A DNA stretch of 64,000 nt from Lingula anatina (Eukaryota > Animalia > Brachiopoda), in the NCBI GenBank assembly GCA_051362555.1, contig CM120641.1, forward strand, positions 30,200,401 through 30,264,400, in the 5' to 3' direction. A program made the position numbers and the translations under genes. Shown here piece after piece: positions 34,916 to 49,069 of the stretch (position 1 is its first letter; each line of letters starts with the position of its first letter). The notes beneath the pieces were generated by a model. That model did not search any database, was not told the origin of the DNA, and saw only the letters and a list, made by a program, of their open reading frames with translations.

Positions 34916-36983
34916 TTGTACCACCAGGGTAGGCGCTGGCGGTACCCATGGTTTTAGTCCCGACCCGTATGTTCCGCCGGCTCCGCCGGCTCCTGCAGCT
35001 CCGCCGGCAAGTCACCGTTACCGCTTCTCCTCCTAGACAGTAAGGGCCCCTGTACCCATCTCTTGGATTTAGGTCACCTATAATCTCAACTCGTTCCACA
35101 TAAAATTTGGGCTTTGTCGGTATTGGGGTCTAGGTGTGGCACTCATTGCAATGCACCCTTGTCTAAAAATGGCAAAATTAAATGCTAATTATCTACCCTA
35201 CGGAAGGAGTTATGGGAAAAATTTCTACAGACAGCTTTCCAAAAGTCATATGTGTAGATTTCAAATATGCCCTTGGATTTGACCTTTGACCTTTATTTCA
35301 AGGTCAAACGGGCCAAAATTTTCAAAAAAATGAAATTTTTTATGAAAAAAATTTTTTTTGCCCTGTTATTCAGACACCACACAGACTTAACCAATAATAT
35401 TATTTGAAAGTGTTACCCTTCGGGTCATCTTTCATCTCCGTGAATTTGGGTCAATCGGTGCATTTTCACGGGAGTAGCGGCCATAAAGTACCGCAACTGA
35501 AAACCGTTTCTAATGCGGGAACCGTTAATGCTAGAGACCCATTCTTTTTTGCATTTTGTAGAGCATGTAAAGGCCAACACTGGAGGTGGTCTCCGTTTTT
35601 TTGTATTCCATACGGATTTCGAGTTACGCTGTATCAAAAAGTACATATTGGTGGTGAAAGCAAAATGTGCAGTACGGTAATGGATAATAAATTTTGAACC
35701 CCGGGAAAATAAAACATAAGGCTTGGCGAGGCAGACAACTTCTGGTCAAAAATGACATTATTTCATGAAATTTGAACATCTGGAACTTCTGAGCACCTCC
35801 CATTTCAAGAATTTCAACCCAAATGACCTTTTCTTTATTTTAATTAATTTTTTCTGTACGAAATTTATGGCACATTATTGTAACTCCAAAATTACAACAT
35901 TTAGTCCCTTATATCTCCAAAACTGGCAGAGATAGGTCCGTAGTTACTATTGAAGTTGAATAGGAAGTCATATAGTGGCAATCTAAATGTGACCTTGAAA
36001 TTGACCTTTGGCCTACTTTTAACTATGAACTGAACTTTGCAAATGTTTGTTCCCTTATATCTCCAAAAGTGGCAGAGATATGTCCATAGTTACTATTAAA
36101 GTTGAATAGGAAGTCACATACTGGCAATTTAACAGTGACCTTGAAATTGACCTTTGACCTACTTTTCACCATGAACTGAACTTTGCAAATTTTCATTCCC
36201 TTTTATCTCCAAAACTGACAGAGATAGGTCCATAGTTACTATTGAACTTGAATAGGAAGTCATATACTGGCAATCTAAGTGTGACCTTGAAATTGACCTT
36301 TGACCTACTTTTTACTATGAACTGAATTTTGCAAATTTTTGTTCTCCTTTATCTCCAAAACTGACAGAGATAGGTCCATAGTTACTATTGAACTTAAATA
36401 GGAAGTAATACACTAGCAATCTGTGACCTTGAAATTGACCTTTGACCTACTTTTTATGATGAACTGCTTTTTGCATGTTTTCTGGCCTTTAAATCTGCAA
36501 AATTGGCAAAGAAATGCCCATGGTTGCTATTGAACTTGAATAGAAATTCATATACTATGATATTGAAATTGACCTTTGACCTACTTTTTCATCATGAACT
36601 GAGCCTTGCATATTTTCTTGCCTCTCATATCTTTAAAACTAGCAGAGATGTGCCCATTGTTTCCCCTAGGTTTTCTCTTTTGACAGCATATATGCACCAC
36701 TGACAACACATTTCAAGGTAAACCAATAGGCCTTTTGTCTAGAGAATACAGGAGTGATCAAGGGTAGGAAAATGCAAGTCAATTCGAAAATCTGCTTGAT
36801 TGTACCATTTTTAGTTATATTTTTTTGCATATTTTGATAACTCTTGTTGATTGCATTTTATAGAGCTTGTCAAGCACAAGACTGGTGAGGATGTCCCTTT
36901 TTGGAGGGGGGGTCCATACGAATGCGCTTACTCCAGCTGGTGGTACAATATCCGGAGGCGGTATCGCCTCTCTGATCCTCTAG
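34916..36983 (+). mobile_element. Second complete copy of the array-carrying non-autonomous Helentron (~5 units of the 146-bp repeat, ~35905-36650)
   Basis: 5' TTGTACCACCAGGGTAGGCGCTGGCGGTAC; 3' GCTGGTGGTACAA...GAGGCGGTATCGCCTC...CCTCTAG-TT. Collinear with the reverse complement of 18563-21481. Confidence 0.92.
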
Positions 36984-37392
36984 TTGCTGTTGTTGTTGTC
37001 CCCAACATTTCTGTTTTAGCTGTGCACCTTCATTGTTAATACGTTGAAAACTGTTAGATCTGTTGTCTTCAAACTGGCAGAACTGATGAACATGATCCCA
37101 CCAATTTTTTTCATTAGTTAACCTTTTATCAGCTTGTATTCAAGGAAAACCGACAGGCCTTTTTTTCAAACCTTCAGGAGTGATCAATATTATTGTTATG
37201 CTGTTTTTTTGTTTGCATTTTGGCATATATTATTATACAGGGGGGATCCAAGATTATTTGAAGGGGGGTCCGCAGATGCAAAGTCCATCCTCCCCCCTCC
37301 AAAACACACACACACACACACACATACACACTTGGTGTGCGGGGTTTGGGGCCCTTCGTGCTGTTTTTTTTTTTCAGTATGTATTATTCTTA

Positions 37393-37450
<58 letters not shown>

Positions 37451-37564
37451 GATACCCTATTTCATGGAAAACAATTTGCCTGTCTTCAAACTTACATGAC
37501 TGACAAATATGACTTAGATACAACTGGTGTTTTAAAACCAGCCTGATCGCATATATACTGGTAC

Positions 37565-37840
37565 TTTTTACCTCTGCCAAGGAGGTTATGTTTTCACCCC
37601 TGTTTGTCTGTCTGTCTGTCATCAATATAACTCAAAAAGTTATGGACCGATTTTGATGAAATTTTCAGGAACTGTCAGAAGTGGGCCAAGGAACATATGA
37701 TTAGTTTTTGGTGGTGATCTGGATCAATAATCTATCAATAATCAATAATCAGAAATATTGAAAATTTAGGGGTGAAACTGCATTGGATGGAGACTTTGCT
37801 GCCTTGGCAGAGGTCTGTGCTCTCTGAGTGCTTTTCTAGT
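37565..37840 (+). mobile_element. Short non-autonomous Helentron (DINE-1/pearl-like) of a different family
   Basis: 5' T-run plus subTIR ACCTCTGCCAAGG, (GTCT)n microsatellite, 3' subTIR CCTTGGCAGAGGT, short hairpin, and a CTAG-T end. Confidence 0.88.
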
Positions 37841-38329
37841 ATTGTTGTTGTAATTAAAGGAGTGTGTGTGTTTGTGTGTATGTGTATGGAAAATTAAATT
37901 TTTTTCATTATTGTATTTTCATAGTGTGACTATGAACTTCAATGGGCCTGAAGACTTTAGCTAGTATCATTTCTAAATATCTGTCATCTGCAGTATATAA
38001 TTAAAACTGGTGGTGATTATAAACATTATGTACATAGTATTGCATCGGACTTGAACAAAACCCTATTTTGGGCACTGCCACAGTAGTGGCCATTTAAAGT
38101 AAACCAGATACTTATAATTCTCAAACCTACAGAAAAATATGGTACAAGTAAAATACAGCTTGCCACCATAAATGCAATAAAAGGAAAACAGTGTGACTCA
38201 TTTTGGAACTTATAAAAAAGATATGTAGAATTGACGTGTTTGTTTTATTTTGTTTGTTGCCCCAGTTATGCTTTAAATACAATGTTAAGCTTTAATTACT
38301 GTAATGGTGTTTGAAGACATGCCCCGTCC

Positions 38330-38376
38330 CAATACAATACAATACAATACAATACAATACAATACAATACAATACA
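38330..38376. repeat. (AATAC)n microsatellite
   Basis: Directly visible. Confidence 0.95.
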
Positions 38377-40385
38377 GTTTATTTCATGTCAGAAAGAATG
38401 AAAGTAGCTGAGTAGCTGTTCATGGACAGAATAAATTAAATAATGATACAGCGTTTACTACTGTTGTTTCTAACTACTTCTGTTGATTGAAATTACAACA
38501 GGAAAATAAGGCCAAGCAGCTGACATAGTATGATACATTATTATAGTGAGTAATAATTAAGTTTACATTGAGACATCCATGGCATTGCAGAGATTACACT
38601 TGCACTTAGGTCCTTCCCATTTTTTTTAATCATTGTTTTTACTTCATTCAGACTAACACAAGCTTTTGGGTATTTTGTGGCTTTGAGGTTAAGCATAAGT
38701 TTTTGAAGTGGTTGTGACTATTTCCTTGATAAGTTTAAAACAAGTTTTATTTTTTGTTGTGTTACAATAAAGACTTCTCTCACATCTATTAATAGTAAAT
38801 CATGAAAGTATTTAAATAAGGAGTGCATGCTGAGCTAGATGTAATTGGATAAAAAGTTTGCTGTTATAATATAAAGAGAAGGGGAGGTGGTGAACAATGC
38901 TAATTAACATTTGATAGCTTCTTGGTCATTCCAGAAGAAAGGGTACAATTCCAAAATGAGAAATGCAGAAATATGAACTTTGCAAAACTGGAAAACTTTT
39001 TACATTATTTTAATGAAGAGGTATTCAGAGAGTGACAGAAGAATTTTAACCCACTCTGTTACTGTATTTCAAGAAATATGCACGTGTAAACATAATACAA
39101 TATTTTTTCGTTATGGAGGTTAGGTAACATCTAAATTAGGTTATATTTCAATCATTCCATACGTCATAGGTTCCATTTTTGATTCAATTACCAAGATTTT
39201 GTATGTATTTAAAAATATTGTTACCTATTTAACATTTCTCTTCAATTACAGAAAATGCGGGGCTAACACTTTGGTAATAATTAAGTCACATGTTTTCTAT
39301 AAATACAAAGCCTGAGGTATTCCAATTTAAATATTTTAAAAATCACTGGGAACAGTCTTGCTAGTCATACTAGTTGTTTATGAACAAAGTGCTATCCATC
39401 TGTTGTAATATAGATCAATCAGCACACAAATATCCAATGTGCAAATAAAAAATGAACAATTTGGTAATGGAGGTTAGGTCAAAAGCAACAGTATTTGTTT
39501 AGATTTTTTAAATTCAAAAGTAAACTTCAGAAGCTGAATTCAGGATTTGTAGTATTACAGATATGACAAATGTCACATAATAAGATAGAAAAATTAATAA
39601 AAGATGTTTATTCAAATCAACAAATGGCAAATGGTTACAGTGGGTGTTATGTTTGCTTTTAAAGGAACTACATAAATACCATTACCACTACTGGATACAT
39701 TTCATGGCCAATATGTTGATTGCTGCATCTGTAGAATTCACATTCCATATATTTTACCAGAGTAAGAGTTAATTTTATTATCTTAGCAACAGAGGTTAGG
39801 TAAAACTGTAGCCTAAATTATGCCATCATTTAAACCCTTCAAATGTCTGGTGGTGGTGTAAAACAGTGTTTGCCACTCCCAGAAGATTGGGGCAGATCTG
39901 GTAGTTTCTGGATGATTTTTTCAAAGCTTGTCCAAATTGGACTTTATAATAGGTTCATTTCAAAAATCTTTGGTTATTACACTATTTTGCTGTTTTCTTT
40001 CAATCCAGATAAGTTACAGTTGGATGCTTTGTATAATGTACCGGTATAACACTGAAGTACCTTCCTACTACTTTTGACTAGGATAGTAGTTGTTCAGTTT
40101 GTCGATAAACTGGAATTACGGTAATGTGCCATGAATTTTGTACAGTAGAAAATAATTAAATTTGGGAAAAGATCGTTGTTGGAACGTATAGAAAAAGCAT
40201 GTCCATGCATTTGTCAATGTCTGTAGTGGACATGGGTTTAGTTTTAGCTCTGCCTCCCATTGCCTACTTTGTATATATTCACGCCCTGCTCATTGAGTGG
40301 GTAGTTTTTGATAAGTCTCTGTAGATAATAAACGTGTAGTTTTTTCAACTCTCGTTTTTTCTCTGAACCGCATATCGACATTTTT

Positions 40386-40403
40386 TGGTGCCGTGACCAG
40401 GAT
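40386..40403 (+). promoter_or_regulatory. Primer-binding site, tRNA-His
   Basis: TGGTGCCGTGACCAGGAT just after the 5' LTR. Confidence 0.85.
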
Positions 40404-40407
40404 AACT

Positions 40408-43400
40408 ATGGCTGCAGAGAGAAATCAAAAACTCCGGTCGGCGAACCGAGCCCAGCTAACGAAGCTGTTTCAACGAGTATCAAGTTTGATGTCTGATGAG
40501 CCGTCCGTAGAAAATGTGGAAACATTGGACTTAACGTACGAACTAATCGAGGAAAAGATGGACTATCTAAAAACATTAGACGAAAGAATTCTGTCCAAAC
40601 TTTCAGATGAAAAGATGGAAGACGGCGTTGCCGAAGCAGACGAATTTATGTTTTCAGCTAAAGAGAAGCTCCGTTGCATTCGAAAACATAAAGAAAATAT
40701 ACAGTCAGAAGAACGCCGAAGCGAGCCTTCGATTTCTAACGCTCCCACTCCAAGTCATGACCCTCCGCGGAGCAACATGAAACGAAATTACAGGCTCCCC
40801 AAACTCATCCTATCCAGGTTTGATGGAAATCTCCTTCAATGGCCCGCTTTCAACGACGACTTCGTCAGTGCTATAGATGAAAACGAGACGCTGTCAACTA
40901 TCGAGAAATACCAGTTTTTACGGGCGCAGTTGGACGGCGAACCGTTTTCTACAATCGCGGAATTACAGCTTACGGCTAATAATTACGAAAATGCGAAGGA
41001 ACTTCTTCGAGAAAGGTATGGACAAACTCACAAAATCATTAATGCATTCATGAGAGCTCTTTGGGAGCTTCCACGCCCCGATGAAGATATAAAATCATTG
41101 AGATTTTTCTACGATAGGATCGAGACTTTCATTAGAGGACTCAGCTCTTTAGGAAAAGAAGAACAAAGTTATGGAGAACTCTTGATTCCTATGATTCTAG
41201 ATAAATTGCCTGCCAACACGCGCAGACAAATCGCAAGAGCGCATGGAAACAATGAATGGTCAATCGCCAATCTGCGCACTACACTTAAGTCTGAGATCGA
41301 CGCCCTACAAGCTGGAGAAATAGACGGGTTCAACCAAGAGAAATCGTACCGACCCACTGCTGCGTTTTTCACCAATAGTAACACGAAGAAAACGACGAAC
41401 AAGCCGAAAAGAAAATTGAAATGCGCTTTCTGCAAAAATGAACATAGCTCTATCACGTGCCCAGTTGTGTCGGAACAGGAAAAACGCTTTGAAATAGCAA
41501 AAAGAGACAATTTATGCTTTAACTGTCTTACGCCCAACCATACAAGCCGAAAATGCCTGTCTAAATTTCGCTGCAGAAGTTGCAATGGAAAACACCACAC
41601 CGCCCTTCATGCTAAGCAAAACAGTGAACCAAGCGCCGCTCAGAAAGCGCGGGAACCGCCTGCTGTGGAACATGCGGCGAGCACCTTCACTCAAGGGGCA
41701 AAAAATCAAAGGAATGTTGTCTTGTTAAAAACGGCTATCGTGGAGGTCTCCAACAAACAAACACCCTTCCAATTATCGGCAACTAGTGGGGTCTTGTTCG
41801 AAGAAGGAGCGACCAGATCATTCATTACAGAAGAGCTTGTTCATAAACTTCAGCTCCAGCCAACTCATTCTGAGGAGATCAATTTGTCTGTATTTGGAAT
41901 GGACTGTAAACAACCTCAGACTTTTGACATCATCACAATCTCCCTGAAAACAACATCAAAAGAATTTGTTGATATTAACGCAGTCGTCGTTCCTGAAATT
42001 TCCGCTCCACTCCATAATTTAGTGACACGTAGGACAGGCAATTTGTCCCACTTAAGGAACTTGAGACTGGCTCACACACCATCTGATGACAGATCGCCTT
42101 TTTCGTCTCTGTGCTAATTGGTGCCGATCATTACTGGGACTTTGTTGAAGATACAATCGTGCGAGGTCCAGGGCCCACCGCTGTCGCTTCCAAATTTGGA
42201 TACTTACTCTTGGGCCCCGCCCACTCCGATGACTATGTCACAGCAAACGACACCGCTTTTCATGTCATGGCGAAACAGCGCAACGCAGAAGACGATACCC
42301 TGGACAAATTCTGGAACCTAGAATCCATTGGCATTAAAGACAATAAACAAACTGTCCAGGATCCCTCCGATTTTCAGAATTTCCAGAGAAATTACATTGA
42401 AAAACGTGATGACCAATATGTGGCCAAATTGCCGTGGAAAACCGACCACAGTCCTTTGCCTACGAATTATCGCAACGCATGTCATCGAACACGTAATACC
42501 GTGCGCAAGTTACCAGTAGAAACGCGACGCGTGTATGACACTATCATCAGGAATCAAGAAAAACGCAACTTTATTGAGAAAGTATGCGATGACGACACTT
42601 CCAGTGGACATTACCTGCCTCACCGCCCTGTAAAAAAGGATTCGATTACAACACCAATTCGAATAGTTTATGACTGCAGCGCAAAGGCCACACCTGATGA
42701 CCCCAGTCTGAATGACTGTCTATTCAAAGGACCGCAGCTACTTAATGACCTTGTTGGAATCTTTTTAAGATTTCGAATTCACAATGTCGCGATCACTAGT
42801 GACATTGAAAAAGCATTCTTAAACATAGGATTGCACGAAGATGACCGAGATTTTACGAAATTTTTGTGGCTTGAAGATCCAGAAGACACTGAAAGTAAGT
42901 TTGAAGTGTACCGCTTTACGTCAGTTCTCTTTGGAAGCATTTCCAGTCCAGCCATTCTTAACTCCGTAGTACGCTTGCATTTGGATATGTCCGAGAATGG
43001 CACCGCCAAAGCCCTAAAACGGGACATCTATGTGGATAATATTGTGACGGGAACTGACACTTCAAACCAAGCCATTCAAATGTACGAGGAATCAAATGAT
43101 ATGCTTGCATCTGCAGGATTCAATCTTCAGTCGTGGGCTACCAATGACCCCAAACTCCGCAACATAGTCGAAACTGACGGAGTAGCTCACACAGACCACA
43201 AGAATACACCGATGTTGGGAATGATATGGGACACTGAACAAGATACGTTATCTTACAAGTCCGGTGAAGAAATCCCAGTCAGCCAAGTCACCAAACGCGA
43301 AGTGATTAGTCGCATTTCTCGAGTTTACGACCCGCTAGGTCTGTTAGCACCAGTTATTGTTCGAGGTAAAATGTTCATGCAAGAACTCTGGAAAGCGGAA

Positions 43401-45872
43401 CTCGATTGGGATCAAACTTTACCTCCAGAACTAAGCGAAACGTGGAAAGAAATTGCTGCTGATCTTGAACAATGTTCATTGCTGAAAGTTACCCGGCAGT
43501 ATTTTTCAAACACCAAGGAGTCACAACAGCCCATGGAATTACATTGTTTTGTCGACGCCAGTGAGAAGGCATATGGATGCGCCGTATATCTACGAAATGG
43601 AGAACAAACTACTTTAGTTATGTCCAAATCGCGCATCGCCCCAGTGAAAACGATCACTATTCCGCGCCTTGAAATGATGGCAGCCGTTCTAGGAACCCGC
43701 CTCACAAGTTTTGTTCATGACCAGCTGAAAGAGAACATTAACATTGCGAAATGTGCTCTGTGGACAGACAGCCAAATTGTGCTGTGCTGGCTTAAAAGCG
43801 ACAAACACCTACTGTTGTTTGTCCGAAATCGTGTCAACGAAATCAAACCGTCGTTGTTCAACGAATACAGATATTGTCCGACGGATGACAACCCGGCCGA
43901 TCTCATAACAAGCGGTACGACCGTATCGTCACTAGAAATCGCAACTATATGGTGGGAAGGACCCGCCTGGCTTGCACATGGAGATTGGCCCATAGGAGAG
44001 TACAACAGTACTGTAATGCATTTGAGAACGGAGCGGGCAGAGTTTGCCCCACTCACCCCAAGTGATTCGTTGAATGAGCAACTCTTTAAAAACAATCCAA
44101 ATGTCATTGACCCTGCGACCGCAGTTCAGGGTCATTCCGTTGAAACTGATATTTCCGACAAAGCCAACAATCAAAGAATGCGAGGAAATCAGCCGCTCAC
44201 AACGAAAACAGACATTTCAAAGGTGATCGACATAGGCTGACATGGCACGCTTCCGAAACTATTAAACGTTACGGCATTGGTGCTCAGATTTGTTGCCGTT
44301 ATGAAGGGGAAAATACACAAGACGTCATCTTACGTAATTACAAACGCCTCACCTTCTGCAGAAGAAATCGTTAATGCAGAAGAAATGTGGATCAAGTGTG
44401 TTCAAGAGAAAGCTTTCTATCAAGAACTTGACTCATTGAAAGGAGGAAAATCTAAATCAAATACTGTTAAGCAACTTTCTTTGTTTTTAGACAGTAATGG
44501 CATTATACGACTTACAGGTCGCTTACAAAACGCACCCTTGACTTACGACGCAAAACACCCGATACTATTACCACGGCAACATCCATTCACTTTGTTAGTG
44601 ATTATTGATGTGCACAAACGAGCGCTACATTCCGGCATGCAATCAACTGTAACAAGTATCAGGCAGAGATTTTGGATCCCTAGAGCACGTGAAACTGTCA
44701 ACTGCGTCCTACGTAAATGTGTCATATGCAGACGCTTGATCGGCAGACCCTATGCTTCTCCGGTTGCTCCGCCTCTACGAACGTTCAGAGTTCACGATGC
44801 TCCCCCGTTTACGGTCACTGGAGTTGATTTTACAGGGACACTCTACGTCAAAACGTCCACGAATTGTGAAGCGAAAGCCTACATATGTTTATTTACTTGC
44901 TCCGCTACTCACGCCGTCCACCTGGAAGTTGTGAATGACTTATCTACATCTTCATTTATAAATGCATTTCGAAGATTCGCTGCCAGGAGATCACTACCTA
45001 CGAAAATGATTAGTGACAACGCAACAACTTTTCATTCAGCCACCAATGAAATCAATAAACTTTTCGAAAATGAAGATGTACGTCGATATCTAAGTCAAAA
45101 TAGAGTGACGTGGGAATTCATTCCTAAAAGAGCACCGTGGTTTGGTGGCTTTTGGGGAAGATTAATTGGACTCACGAAGAATGCAATGAGAAAAACATTA
45201 GGACGCGCTCGCATCACGCTAGACGAATTGCATACCATAACATCGGAAATAGAAGCAACACTGAATGACCGCCCCATTACCTACGTTAATGAGGGTGAAC
45301 CTCTTACACCATCAATGCTTTTGAACGGACTTAGAATCAACACACTACCTTGCAAACTGACAGATGAGGATGAAAGATTGGATCCGACGTTCGCTCCAGA
45401 TGGCAAAATGCCCAAAGAACAATTGACAAAACGATTGAAACATGTGCAGGAGGTCAATGCACATTTCACACAAAGATGGACCTCCGAATATCTCACTGCA
45501 CTAAGGGAAAGGGACAATATAAATGGGGTTAAACAAAATACTGTTCAAGTTGGAGACGTAGTACTAATTCATGAGGATATTAAACCTAGACCTTTGTGGG
45601 ATTTGGGTCTAATTACAAAACTGAGCTACGGCAATGACGGAATAGTGCGATCAGCAACATTGAAAACTAAGTATGGAACAACAAATCGCCCTATTACGAA
45701 ACTTTATCCTCTCGAAATTTCCGTTGATTATGACACTGCCCCTGACCTGAGAGAGGTCACACTGTCCAAAGAAATTACTGATGAAAACATCAACATACCA
45801 GCCCGTAACACGAGACGCGCCGCCCAGCAAGCAAAAGAAAACATCGCTAGATGGATTCAAGAACTGAAATGA
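40408..45872 (+). pseudogene. BEL/Pao gag-pol polyprotein with one frameshift (~42100) and one nonsense codon (44238-44240)
   Basis: LPKLILSRFDG gag motif, three Cys-His knuckles, RIVYDCS, DIEKAFL, YVDN, FVDASEKAYG, TIPRLE, WTDSQIV, VDFTG/SDNA. ORFs 42111 and 44277 share a frame across a single TGA. Confidence 0.95.
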
Positions 45873-47429
45873 GAATGAACTTTGATTACTTATGGAACTA
45901 TTAGGCTCTTCAATTGAAACTGTTTGAAACATTTAATCAAGCGTATTAATGGATTATTTAACCTTACTATTGGAATATTTCTAATTAGCATTGCTTTGGA
46001 CTTCGTTTTTTGTTTCAATGACAATCTATTGCATAAATGTTTACATTAATCAGTACTTACTGACTAATACATCGCAAGGACTTGTTGATATGACTTACGT
46101 TTAATGGAATATTTGGATTTCTTGCTTATTTTAAAACACTTAATGCTTTCATGTTTACTTTTACAATTTGTTGCCCCCGGAGAATGTTGGAACGTATAGA
46201 AAAAGCATGTCCATGCATTTGTCAATGTCTGTAGTGGACATGGGTTTAGTTTTAGCTCCGCCTCCCATTGCCTACTTTGTATATATTCACGCCCTGCTCA
46301 TTGAGTGGGTAGTTTTTGATCAGTCTCTGTAGATAATAAACGTGTAGTTTTTTCAACTCTCGTTTTTTCTCTGAACCACATATCGACAATAGTTTTGGTC
46401 GTAATTCATGAAATGGAGGTGCTCAGAACCTCCAAACGTTAAAATTTCATGGAATTCTGTCAATTTTGACCAGAAGTTGTCTGTTTGTCACTAGGCCTTA
46501 TGTTACCTTCTCTCAATGATCTATTTAGAGTTACCATGATGAATGATGGGTGAGTGTCGGTAATTGCGACCCAAGGGATATATATACTTTCACCCCATCA
46601 CTCTGTATGTCCGAAGGTGGTACTGTTGGCTAGGGACGCAAATCAGCATCATTATCAGTAGTGTCCTTTTTCAAAAGCGAAACTGGCAGCCGGAAACTAT
46701 AGTATCGTTTTGAGAATGATCCTTGTGCTCAGAACGGGAGTGGACGGAGGAAGAGACAGCCGGAGATTGGTGTTTACCCTGTCCAGATAACTTTCACTGT
46801 GGAAGCTGGGCTTAGTATTACCATTGCTCCTTTCCATGCGCTGAAGCCGTAACAATTAACAACTGATTGGTGTCTATGGCGCATGTACAGATAGCCTTTA
46901 TTGGCGATTAGCGTCCTCACCTCACTGTGCGCCGGTCGGTGTCTTCGAAGTCAGCTTCGAGGTCAGGTTCTGCCTTAACTGCAGAAGCTGGCCTCAGCAT
47001 TACGGCCTCTCTCTGCTGTGCAGGGAGGCCACTATGACCGCAGATCGATATGTACAGTGCAGAGGTAGCCTTTACCACAGCAGTCAAACTGTGTATTACA
47101 GTCTCTCTCCACCATGCACTGCAACCAAGATAACTGCTGATTGTTGTCTACAATCAAATATACTTGGTCGGGGGGGGGGGGGGGGGGGGGGGGGGGTACC
47201 TCTAGGTGCAGGGCTCGATATCCATGGTTGTGTGGTTGCCTTTTACAACCACTTTTATTTTTTTTGCTCAGGCAACCCAATCTTGACCAGCAGCTGTCCG
47301 ACAACACAACTGATTTCCTGGCACATACCTTGTAGATGCGCCAATGTACACATTTGAAAAGTCTGTACGTTTTGTCATTTAAACCATCTTCAAACAAACA
47401 CGTGAGTGATAGGTAATCTAGATGAAACC

Positions 47430-47870
47430 CAAAAGGCAATTTTCATATTTGTTACTAATCCAAGCAAGACTGAAAGGCCATTTTCATATTCATTCAAGGG
47501 ACTGGAAGATCGTTAATGGGAGATTGTGAGCGATCTGAGTGTGATGATAAGGCAATTTCCATACTAGTTCAAGGGACTTCGTTATTGTATTTGTTTGCAA
47601 GAGATCATCAACATTCTGAGCAAGCCTATAAGTTTGGACATTTTGTCCATGCTAGAAGGCAATTTTCATATAGTCAGTGGGAAATGGTTAGCGATCCTAG
47701 CAACGAGAAGGCAATTTTTATATTTGTTCCAAGGACTTTGTTAGTGGAAGATCGTCACCAGGAGATCAACAGCGATTTGAGCGAAACGAGAAGGCAGTTT
47801 TCATATTTGTTCAAGGGACTTCATAAGCGGGAGATCGTGAACGATCCCAGCGAGACAAGAAAACAATAGT
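47430..47870. repeat. Degenerate tandem repeats (AAGGCAATTTTCATATTTGTTCAAGGGACT core) inside the TIR element
   Basis: The core recurs about six times with variable spacing. Confidence 0.75.
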
Positions 47871-49069
47871 GGTAATCTTGCAGTTCTTAATTGCTTCTTT
47901 TGTTCTGTTACAGAAGTGCCTACTGTTGACAATGCTATTGTGCGCCTCAGCAAAACTACTGATTGCTATCTCACACCGAGTACTCGGGTAAAGAATAGAC
48001 TGTGACAGTGCAACTCATAATTGATTCTCCTGTTATCTTAATGAATGGTGATGACCATGTTGCTTAGCATCCTAAGCTAACTGTACCGATCGTTATCTTG
48101 CACCTGGGGCTACACACGTAGTACTCAGGTAAAGGTACGCTAGGGCAACATTGTTGACTGTTAGATCTTTATGAGCGCAAAAATAGCCCGATGGCTGATT
48201 TTATTGTGTACGTAATTCACGAAAATCAAGATCGCACAAACTTGCTTTCTGGTCGAAATTCATGGTCCATAAAAAAACTCCAGACGACCGATTTTAAAAT
48301 TGTTACAAATTTAAGAGCTGTTCGAAATTCATGGCACATTACCGTAAGATGAACCACTGTATGTAGAATTTGTAGCATTCTAATGGGTAGATAGTGAGTT
48401 ATTGCAGAGCATAGATTGTGAAAACCAGTTCAGAATGTCTCAGTATTGTCTGCAGAGCACCATTCTATACTATTCCTATCTCAGCAATTTTCTTAATGAT
48501 CATATAAAAATGACTGTTAATTAATTATTTTGTTTTATGTAAAAAAGTGTTGAAAACTCATTTCAGTATAGTTATCTCTTGTTGTCTGTACATTTGACAA
48601 TTTTGCTGCCTTGTTTTAGCATTGTTGAAAAGAATTTTGGTGTTTGTATATTTATCAGCTTTGTTCTCTAGTTTTAATTATTTTCTTTCATGACAAATAA
48701 GTTTTAATTATTTTATTTCTTTGAATTTTAGTGTTAGGAAATAGATATGGTATATTGTCAAAAAAGGAGAAGATGGACTTAGAGAACTGATCTGATACAC
48801 TCTAAGATGTGCTATCCAGGAAGATTGCAGCTTCATGCAGTCACCCCATACTACTGTTATCTGATGTGCTTTACAAAATGTGGCTGCCCAAACCATCCCA
48901 AACCACTGTATAACCTGTAGAATAGTTCAAGGTCATGAGGGAAGGCAGGTAAGAAAATCATTTTGGTCACTTTACCACCTTATAATGCCAGATAAAACTT
49001 TGCTGCATATTGTATTCAATTTGGTATCTCTTGTTGTATTATGAAAATTTATTGAGCATTTAAACAACA

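Larger units (their letters stand above)
40177..46388 (+). mobile_element. Full-length BEL/Pao LTR retrotransposon
   Basis: 204-bp LTRs at 40177-40380 and 46185-46388 (3 mismatches, TGT...ACA); 5-bp TSD ATCGT/ATAGT; gag-PR-RT-RH-IN. Confidence 0.96.
40119..48344. mobile_element. Non-autonomous TIR DNA transposon (TA TSD, Tc1/mariner-type termini), ~2 kb, hosting the BEL element
   Basis: TA-CGGTAATGTGCCATGAATTT at 40117 and AAATTCATGGCACATTACCG-TA ending 48346 form a perfect 20-bp TIR. Confidence 0.8.

Noticed and set aside
37134-37625. ORFs with IYIYIY/HTHTH runs (also 29488-29828 and the poly-Gly/Pro ORFs)
   Set aside because: Microsatellite and homopolymer artefacts.
37850-40110. Possible host micro-exons (scattered AG/GT sites, recurring GAGGTTAGGT)
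   Set aside because: No coherent reading frame or recognisable protein; unsupported without transcript data.
42095-42117. Programmed frameshift between BEL gag-PR and pol
   Set aside because: BEL/Pao elements normally have one ORF, the break lies inside the protease region, and the copy has other lesions, so a 1-bp deletion is more likely.
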